A stretch of DNA of 34,132 nucleotides from positions 1 to 34,132 of the forward strand of contig NJBI01000038.1 in NCBI GenBank assembly GCA_005222975.1, read 5' to 3'. The notes below the pieces were generated by a model. It made no database searches and had not been told where the DNA came from. It was given only the letters and a program-made list of their open reading frames with translations. This DNA is from Promethearchaeota archaeon Loki_b31. Lineage in GTDB: Archaea; Asgardarchaeota; Lokiarchaeia; Sigyniarchaeales; SOKP01. A program made the position numbers and the translations under genes. Numbering within the stretch: position 1 is the stretch's first letter; each line of letters begins with the position of its first letter. This document shows positions 27,873-34,132 of this stretch, one piece after another.

Positions 27873-29056
27873 TTATTCTTCTTTTCTGGGCTTATTTTTT
27901 TTATAAAGCATGTAATAATTTCTTAGCTTGAAATCAACATAATACCAGAAAACGCCAAACGGAACACATATCACCCAGTTGATGATTAAGTACAAATAAA
28001 TGGTTAAATCATATGACAAATCAATTCCTAAGATACTTGCTCCGTAATGATCTCCATAAACTGAATAAACAACTGAAAAATATAAAATCTGTGTTAGTAG
28101 GATGTGATATGTAGATTTTCCTATTGTAGATATTGCTTTAGCAAACCAATTGTCCCATCTCTTTGGTATTAGTTTGATTCCCAATAAAACTAAAAACGCT
28201 GAATAAGGAAAAACGAATAAATTATAATCCCCTCTTATGAATTCAAAACGAAAATCAAAAAATTGGTATTGGATTAAGTAATAAAGGCTTACTGGGAAGA
28301 TAATCCACATAAAAATATTCTGTTTAGCAAAAAGATTAGGTCTTTTTGAAAACCACATCCCTAACCCGATAGCAGAAAGCATGAAAAACGGAGTTGTAGC
28401 TACAAACAAGAACCAATATAGATATTCGAAATACGCTTCCCAAGTTGGAAATGGAGGTGCACCAAATATATTAAAGAGCGTCAATTGTAGCGACAATTCT
28501 ATGACATAACATAAAAGAAGTGTAAGAATTTTCCAAATTAATTTACCAGAAAATCCTTTATACAGCAATGGTAAGAGTAGTATTGCCCAGAATATTACGG
28601 GTAAAAACCAATTCCCTGGCCCCAAAAAGGCAATATTCCAATAAATAAATGATCGAAATCCCAATTCGCTTCTTTATACTGATTTAGCGCGTTCCAATCG
28701 AATCCGTTGATCGCCAAGCCAATTAAAGAAGATACTAACCATAACACGATAAATGGATAGATATACCGCCAAAACTTTCTTTTAAAATATCGCCAAGAAT
28801 ACAGTTTTCTTAACCTTTTATCTTCCATTTTGCTAAACGATATACCCATATTAAAACCCATAATTACTAAGAATACGGAAATCGATATTCTTTCCCAAAG
28901 CGCAACCCCCATTACTCCTTTGACGGTCCAAGGAATGGTGTGGTCGAAAATAACTAAAAATATCATTATCGCTTTTAAAAAATCGACTTGGAAATATCGT
29001 TCCTTATTAATCTCGATTAGTTCGTTTTTAATAATATTTTGGTCGTCTGCTTCCAT
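27873..29056 (-). pseudogene. acyltransferase-3 (OafA/YrhL-like) membrane acyltransferase, split by a 1-nt frameshift
   Basis: The first ORF has RYFQVDFLKAIMIFLVIFDH and VFLVIMGF; the second has GPGNWFL and IGKSTYHILLTQ. Adding one G to the G4 run (plus-strand C 28620-28623) gives a continuous ILPFWGPGNWFLPV and a 394-aa ORF. Confidence 0.75.
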
Positions 29057-29204
29057 AATATTATGCCCTTCTTTCTAATAAACTAATTCGAATATCATTA
29101 AGATTAATGATGTTCATAGTATGTATCAATATAAGTTTTGCTTAATCTCATAAATTAGAAAATATTAAATTTTAAAAAGAAAAGAGAGAAATTTAAGCTC
29201 AAAA

Positions 29205-29693
29205 TCACTCTTGGATTATCTCAAACACCATTTTCTCGATAATTGGCTTCTTCGTGTATCGCTTATCGTAATACCAACCAACTAAATGAGCTTTTAAAGG
29301 AGGATCATTTTTGGGAAGATTAGGAATTACGATTATCATTACACCATTTGAGAGATATTTTAAAATTTTTTTATCGATTGCGTGTAATTTATCGTTTCCT
29401 GAAGGGTGTGTATGAGCCTGCCAGATTATATCTACTCCAAGCTCTTGTTTAAACTTCCGCATATTGTAGATTTTCGATTTCTTATATCGCATCCAACTTC
29501 TAGGTTTTACATGAGTTTTGGTTTTTCTCAAATCGGGATTGATAATAAATTTATTAACTATTCCGAAGTTTTCTTTACGATCTGCAAAAATCCAGTAATT
29601 TTCGATGTTAGGATAAACTTCTGTGGCTCTGTTAGTGATTTCTTTAAAAATTCGATCTGGTATTAAATATCTAAAATCTTTTGCCCCGCTCAT
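29205..29693 (-). CDS. JAB/MPN (JAMM-like) domain protein
   Basis: 'A...YP.IE' followed by AHTHPSGNDKLHAID (HxH-x10-D). Confidence 0.7.
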   Translation of the reverse strand: MSGAKDFRYLIPDRIFKEITNRATEVYPNIENYWIFADRKENFGIVNKFIINPDLRKTKTHVKPRSWMRYKKSKIYNMRKFKQELGVDIIWQAHTHPSGNDKLHAIDKKILKYLSNGVMIIVIPNLPKNDPPLKAHLVGWYYDKRYTKKPIIEKMVFEIIQE

Positions 29694-29935
29694 TTTTTAT
29701 ATCATCTCAAGTGTAAGTCAATGAAACATAAAATTTATATTTTTCTTTTAAGTGTTCCTTAAAGTATGAATTACGAGAGTAAAATAAAAAAAAATTTATT
29801 TTATTAAATATAATCTATTTTAATACCTATATCATAATTAAAAAAAACATTGAAAATATAGATCATCCATTAAACATGGATAATTCGGTGGAGTGTGATA
29901 TTAATACCACTTTGTCGAAAAACCATAATTCCAGA

Positions 29936-30040
29936 GCACCTGTAGCCTAGTGGTAAGACGCTGGCCTTGAGTGTGCAATAGAAACTATCAAGTAAGCCAG
30001 TGCGCGTAAGCGCTCGGGGGTTCAAATCCCTCCAGGTGCG
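29936..30040 (+). tRNA. tRNA-Ser(TGA) with a canonical 37/38 intron of 23 nt (29972-29994)
   Basis: GCACCTG/CAGGTGC acceptor and G73; CTGGC/GCCAG anticodon stem; BHB CTTG[AG^T]...CAAG[TA^A]; long variable arm GCGC-GTAA-GCGC. Confidence 0.93.
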
Positions 30041-30065
30041 TTTTCAATGGTGGTTTTAGTAAACA

Positions 30066-30169
30066 GGGCTATTAGCGCAGGCAGGTAGCGCATCCGGCTC
30101 TTAACCGGCAGGTCGGGGGTTCGATACTTCCATCCTTATCAGATGGAGGCGAAAGTCCCTCATAGCCCG
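30066..30169 (+). tRNA. tRNA-Lys(CTT) with a 30-nt T-loop intron at 59/60 (30126-30155)
   Basis: GGGCTAT/ATAGCCC acceptor, GCGC D-stem, CCGG-CTCTTAA-CCGG. BHB is TTCG[AT^A]CTTCCATC..GATGGAGG CGAA[AG^T]. Confidence 0.93.
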
Positions 30170-30206
30170 CTTATTTTTTAAAATAAAAGAAAAAAGATTT
30201 ATCTCT

Positions 30207-31211
30207 TTATAAATATTGAAATATTACTTCAAAATCAGAGAAATCAAATGGTTTTAAGATGTAGCCATTGGCTTGACTTTCCTCAAAATTTTTTTCTACT
30301 TCAGAACCCGGGATAGCTGTTAGTAAAAAGACTTTTATGTCTTTAAGATTTCTATTTGATTTAATTTTTTTACAGATGTCGTAACCGCTATAATCTGGCA
30401 AAATAATATCGAGTAGAACTAATTTACATGGGTTATTGGCTAATTCTTGCAATCCTTTTGTTCCACTTACGACACCCTTACAAGAAAAACCTTTGCTATC
30501 AAAATAGCTCGTTAACAAACGAATAGTTGCTAAATCATCTTCGATTAGCAAAATATCGTATTGAGAGCTTTCCGTTTTTATATTGTCTAATATGCTAATA
30601 ATTCTATTCTCGAGAAGTAAAGATTGGTCGAAGATATTTTGAATTGTATTAAATACATCATCCACCAATTCCTCCCTATAATTCTCAATTAATAGTTGTG
30701 AAAACCCCTTAATTGATGTTAATGGCTCTTTCAACGCGTGGGATATGTTCGTAAGAGTTTTCTCGTCTAGTTTATGCAAATCTTCACCGATTAAACCAGA
30801 TTTCTGCTTAATAAAGTAATTTACGCTTTCTCTTATGAGTTTTGATACGGTTTTGTATTTATCCTTATGAGTATTTATAAAATCCTGCCAGTCAGCTTTA
30901 GTTTCATCGGCTACATACAACGAAATTCGCTCTTTTTCGCGATCATAAATTTTTTCTCCTTTCAACCATTTAATAAAGCCTTCGGTTATTGAACCGCGCC
31001 AGATAGCGTATTTATCGGTTTCCTCTTCGTATTCTTTCATTAGTTTTTTAGTTTTTTCGCTCTTCAAATCAAGATTTTTTAATTCATTTTCAGTCAATTT
31101 AGGCATAGAATAGTTATTCGCATCGTTCGAATTACTATTGCGTTTCTTTTCGTCAGGAATTTTTAACACCTTTATTTTTATTTTGTGATTTAATTGTTTT
31201 TTACCGTTCAA
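30207..31211 (-). CDS. response regulator with RHH-like, HisKA (DHp) and receiver domains; no HATPase
   Basis: RISLYVADETK..W..F...VSKLIRESV; ISHALKEPLTSIKGFSQLL; ILLIEDD, LLDIILPD, LLTA, ILKPF. Confidence 0.8.
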   Translation of the reverse strand: MNGKKQLNHKIKIKVLKIPDEKKRNSNSNDANNYSMPKLTENELKNLDLKSEKTKKLMKEYEEETDKYAIWRGSITEGFIKWLKGEKIYDREKERISLYVADETKADWQDFINTHKDKYKTVSKLIRESVNYFIKQKSGLIGEDLHKLDEKTLTNISHALKEPLTSIKGFSQLLIENYREELVDDVFNTIQNIFDQSLLLENRIISILDNIKTESSQYDILLIEDDLATIRLLTSYFDSKGFSCKGVVSGTKGLQELANNPCKLVLLDIILPDYSGYDICKKIKSNRNLKDIKVFLLTAIPGSEVEKNFEESQANGYILKPFDFSDFEVIFQYL

Positions 31212-31406
31212 AATTTAATATAAATATTTACTCATTGTAAAAAATTCTATCTTTGTTATATCAAATATTACATAAAAGTAATTTTTTACAAAAAATAAAC
31301 ATTGTTTATTTTAATAATAAGTAAGTAATCTATAATATTTTATCTTTAAATGTAAGCATTTCTTTCTCTTATAATAAAGGATTATTATAGTAGAATCTGA
31401 ATCTAA

Positions 31407-32315
31407 TTATTTTGCTCTTCCGTTTAATATTTTAAAAATAACGTCAAAATCAGAAAAGTTAAAAGGTTTAAGAATAAACCCATCTACTTTTGTTTCTTCA
31501 AGGTGTTTTTTTACCTCAGACGCCGAAATGGCCGTAAGAAAGTACACAGGAATTTTTTTATAAGAGTTATCAGTTTTTATGGTTTTACAAATATCGTAAC
31601 CACTTAAATCTGGCAAAATTATGTCTAATAAAATGACTTTAGGTATGGTTCTTCGTAGTTCTTCTAATCCTTTCGCTCCGCTAACTACACCCTTACAAGA
31701 GAATTTTTTACTGCTAAAATAACTAGTAATCAATTTAATTGTCGCTAAATCGTCTTCAATTAATAAAATGTCGTATGGAGCACTATCAGGTTTGATGTTG
31801 TCCAAGAAATTCTTTATAATATTCTCTAATAAATTACTTTGATCAAAGATATTTTTCACAGTTTCTTTTATGTGCTTACTCAATTTATCTTTATATTCTT
31901 CGCTCTCAAGCAATAATTGAGAGTACCCTTTAATAGAAGTTAACGGTTCTTTTAACGCGTGAGATATGTTGGATATTGTTTTCGGGTTAAGTTTTGATAA
32001 TTCGCTCGAAACTTTACTAGAGTCTTCAATAAACGACTTGACGCTCTGCCTTATTAGCTCAGAAAAAGTAGGAAAATCTCCTTTGTTTGTGTTGATGAAT
32101 TCCTGCCACTCATCCTTAGTGTCGTCAGCTACATATAAAGAAATTCTTTCTTTATCTCGCGTATATATTTTTTCGCCTTTTAGCCATTTCTTAAATCCCT
32201 CTGTTACGGCCCCCCGCCAAATCGCGTATTTACCCGTTTCTCTCTCGTATTTCTTCATGAGACGTTTAATTTTTTCATCGTTCAAATCAAGTTTTTTAAT
32301 TTCTTCTTCGGTCAT
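31407..32315 (-). CDS. paralogous RHH-HisKA-REC response regulator (may start at ATC 32450)
   Basis: Same motif series as 30207-31211 (KYAIWRG.vTEGF.KWLKGEKIY, RISLYVAD, SHALKEPLTSIKG, IEDD, LDIILPD, KPF). Confidence 0.8.
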   Translation of the reverse strand: MTEEEIKKLDLNDEKIKRLMKKYERETGKYAIWRGAVTEGFKKWLKGEKIYTRDKERISLYVADDTKDEWQEFINTNKGDFPTFSELIRQSVKSFIEDSSKVSSELSKLNPKTISNISHALKEPLTSIKGYSQLLLESEEYKDKLSKHIKETVKNIFDQSNLLENIIKNFLDNIKPDSAPYDILLIEDDLATIKLITSYFSSKKFSCKGVVSGAKGLEELRRTIPKVILLDIILPDLSGYDICKTIKTDNSYKKIPVYFLTAISASEVKKHLEETKVDGFILKPFNFSDFDVIFKILNGRAK

Positions 32316-32790
32316 TCGAGGACTATCACCGTCTTTTTCAGTTTTTCCCCCCTTCTTAATTTCAAGTTGCTCCTTCTCCGTTTTTGAATTATTGCTTCCT
32401 TTTTTTGACTTATCTTCCGATTTGTCCGAGTTTCTACGTTCTTCTGTGATTAGTATCTCACCTCAACACACGATTTTTTCCAAAAAATTAGTGAAAGAAG
32501 TATTATTTAATATTATCTAAATAGAAATTTTTTGCTCACACTTAAGCAATTAATTTTTTTTGAGTAATTTAAGTCGCGCCATCTTACGAAAAAAATGAAG
32601 ATTTAACAGATTTCCACATTCCAAAATAATTCCTTGTTATGAATCGAAAAATTCAATCACGACAAAAAAGAATCTTTATTTATGGTATATATCGATATTA
32701 TATAGATTTTTAATCCCATTAAAAATATTTATATTCAAATTCATTTTTTTCACAGAAAAATATTGAATTAGTTATCAAAAAAAAAGTTTT

Positions 32791-32830
32791 GTTACTATTA
32801 TTAGTAAATAGTTACTATTATTAGTAAATA
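32791..32830. repeat. exact 2 x 20-bp tandem repeat, each unit containing a palindrome (candidate operator)
   Basis: GTTACTATTATTAGTAAATA at 32791-32810 and 32811-32830; each holds TTACTA-N4-TAGTAA. Confidence 0.85.
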
Positions 32831-33009
32831 TTTGATTTACAATCGTAATGTTTAAATATGTATGTAGACTAATTTGTTATAACAATCAAAATTATGTGTG
32901 TACAAATTTTTTTTTTGTTATCAATTAATTCCTATGAAAATTAGGAAAATGAAAAAAAAAAATTTAAAAAAAGATAATTTTTACATGGTTTGGAAAGAGG
33001 TATGTTAAA

Positions 33010-33903
33010 ATGGTCGTAGAAATAGATATGTTATCAAATTTATGCCCCGAATGCGGGGGAAGTACAATCAATGTTCTAGAAAGAGGGGAAACAGTCTGCC
33101 AACAATGTGGTTTGGTTGTAGGTGAAAGAAATTTAGACATTAACCATAGCGGAATTAGAGCCTATTCTAAACACGAAAAAGATAGAAAGGAGCGTACTGG
33201 ATCTCCTATGTCGATTTTGATGCCAGATATTGGCTTAAGTACTGTTATTGATAGGACAAAAATCAAAAACCCAGATTTAAGACGGGCTGCTAAGTGGAAT
33301 ACGCACTTGTCTTGGGAGAAACGCAACATGTTAATGGCTATAACCGAATTAAAAAGAATTGGTGGTAACTTAAATTTTCCTGAAAGAGTAAAAAAATCAG
33401 CAGTACGATTGTATAAAGAAGTTTTTAAAAGACAACTATTAAGAGGCAGGTCAATTAATGGCATGGTTGCGGCGTGTGCTTATTACGCGTGTAAAGACGA
33501 AAAAGTACCTATTACTCTTCAAGAGATTTTAGCGGAAGCTTCTATTAATGATAATATCGTAAAAAAGTGCTATAAAATATTGGTTCGGGAGTTAAATTTA
33601 AAAATATCGCATATCGATCCAATTACACTCATTCCACGTTATTGTGCAGATTTGAATTTAGGGATTGAGGTCGAAAAAGAAGCGATGCGCGTACTTCAAA
33701 ATTTTATTAAAACTACATCGATATCTGGTAAGGATCCTAAAGGATTGTGTGCGGGCGCCATATATCTTGTTGCGAAGTTGAGAAATGTTAAAGTGAGTCA
33801 GAAAGATATTTCGCGCGTAATTTCCGTTACGGAAGTCACATTACGCTCAAGGTATAAAGAACTCCTTAAAAATATCAGTTTTAATTTTGCTCCATCAAAT
33901 TAA
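33010..33903 (+). CDS. tfb: transcription initiation factor IIB
   Basis: CPECG...RGETVCQQCGLV Zn ribbon, ERTGSP B-reader, LRGRSI, GKDPKGLCAGAIY, VTEVTLRSRYKEL. Confidence 0.96.
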   Translation: MVVEIDMLSNLCPECGGSTINVLERGETVCQQCGLVVGERNLDINHSGIRAYSKHEKDRKERTGSPMSILMPDIGLSTVIDRTKIKNPDLRRAAKWNTHLSWEKRNMLMAITELKRIGGNLNFPERVKKSAVRLYKEVFKRQLLRGRSINGMVAACAYYACKDEKVPITLQEILAEASINDNIVKKCYKILVRELNLKISHIDPITLIPRYCADLNLGIEVEKEAMRVLQNFIKTTSISGKDPKGLCAGAIYLVAKLRNVKVSQKDISRVISVTEVTLRSRYKELLKNISFNFAPSN

Positions 33904-33968
33904 TTAATAATTTGAAAGATTTTTTCATTATTTTTCTTTATTTTTTGAGTATGATCTTTGAATAATAG

Positions 33969-34132
33969 CTAACTTTTTAATTCTTCCAAAACGCTTGGAA
34001 CTATAATGAAAGGACACTCAAGATAGTGTTTAAGTCTCATCTCCAGAGTTTCAACCGTTCGCATCCCGAACTGCGTTTGATACAGTTTGTTAATCTTTCT
34101 CATGGTCGATTCATCAACTACTTTTATCGACT
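33969..34132 (-). CDS. C-terminal fragment of an unidentified protein
   Basis: Open frame from the window end to TAG at 33969: SIKVVDESTMRKINKLYQTQFGMRTVETLEMRLKHYLECPFIIVPSVLEELKS. Confidence 0.5.
   Translation of the reverse strand, partial: SIKVVDESTMRKINKLYQTQFGMRTVETLEMRLKHYLECPFIIVPSVLEELKS

Noticed and set aside
29936-30040. tRNA-Sec or an opal suppressor, because of 'TGA' and a long variable arm
   Set aside because: Anticodon TGA reads UCA (Ser); Sec needs anticodon TCA and an extended acceptor stem. This tRNA has an ordinary 7/5 fold.
25884-30169. Integrated element or provirus at the tRNA cluster
   Set aside because: No integrase, no viral structural genes, and no duplicated tRNA 3' end (att) visible by eye.
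30207-32315. Hybrid histidine kinases or degraded kinase pseudogenes
   Set aside because: No N/G1/F/G2 ATP-binding boxes. Both paralogues join DHp directly to REC in the same way with intact frames, which argues for a stable architecture.
31966-32520. 184-aa plus-strand ORF, and other short antisense ORFs (e.g. 2347-2571, 21063-21410, 23045-23464, 33162-33464)
   Set aside because: They lie opposite well-supported genes, with Ser/Phe/Leu/Ile-rich mirror composition and no recognisable motifs.
32791-32830. 20-bp direct repeat as a CRISPR array
   Set aside because: Only two abutting copies, no spacer, and no cas genes in the window.

Overview
A low-GC (~30% by eye) archaeal chromosome segment, most likely Asgard/Lokiarchaeia, judged from a profilin-like gene, RHH-HisKA-REC regulators, the archaeal exosome/proteasome superoperon and BHB-type tRNA introns. 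In order it holds: the start of an ISH3-like transposase; an orphan AbiEii/MenT-like nucleotidyltransferase; an MFS transporter; an acyl-CoA dehydrogenase; a PPi-type phosphofructokinase; ZPR1; a four-subunit 2-oxoacid:ferredoxin oxidoreductase operon; tRNA-modification genes (tsaC/sua5, THUMP, cgi121, pcc1); an ECF module; and the psmA-SBDS-rrp4-rrp41-rrp42 // rpl37ae-pcc1-pfdB-DHH superoperon, split by an opposite-strand two-gene insert (RPH/PigC-like dikinase plus a beta-rich protein). After these come profilin, DUF2110, four intron-containing tRNA genes, an HTH/Zn-ribbon/Vsr-like nuclease, a frameshifted acyltransferase-3, a JAB protein, two tandem RHH-HisKA-REC paralogues divergent from tfb, and a partial ORF. 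The two most interesting signals are: (i) tRNA-Ser(GCT), with a predicted intron inside the acceptor stem (6/7) and a 5' leader carrying a second 'decoy' acceptor strand that could free the real 5' exon to form the splice motif; and (ii) a kinase-less phosphorelay/DNA-binding pair facing tfb across a tandemly duplicated palindromic site. All calls come from motif recognition by eye; no searches were run.
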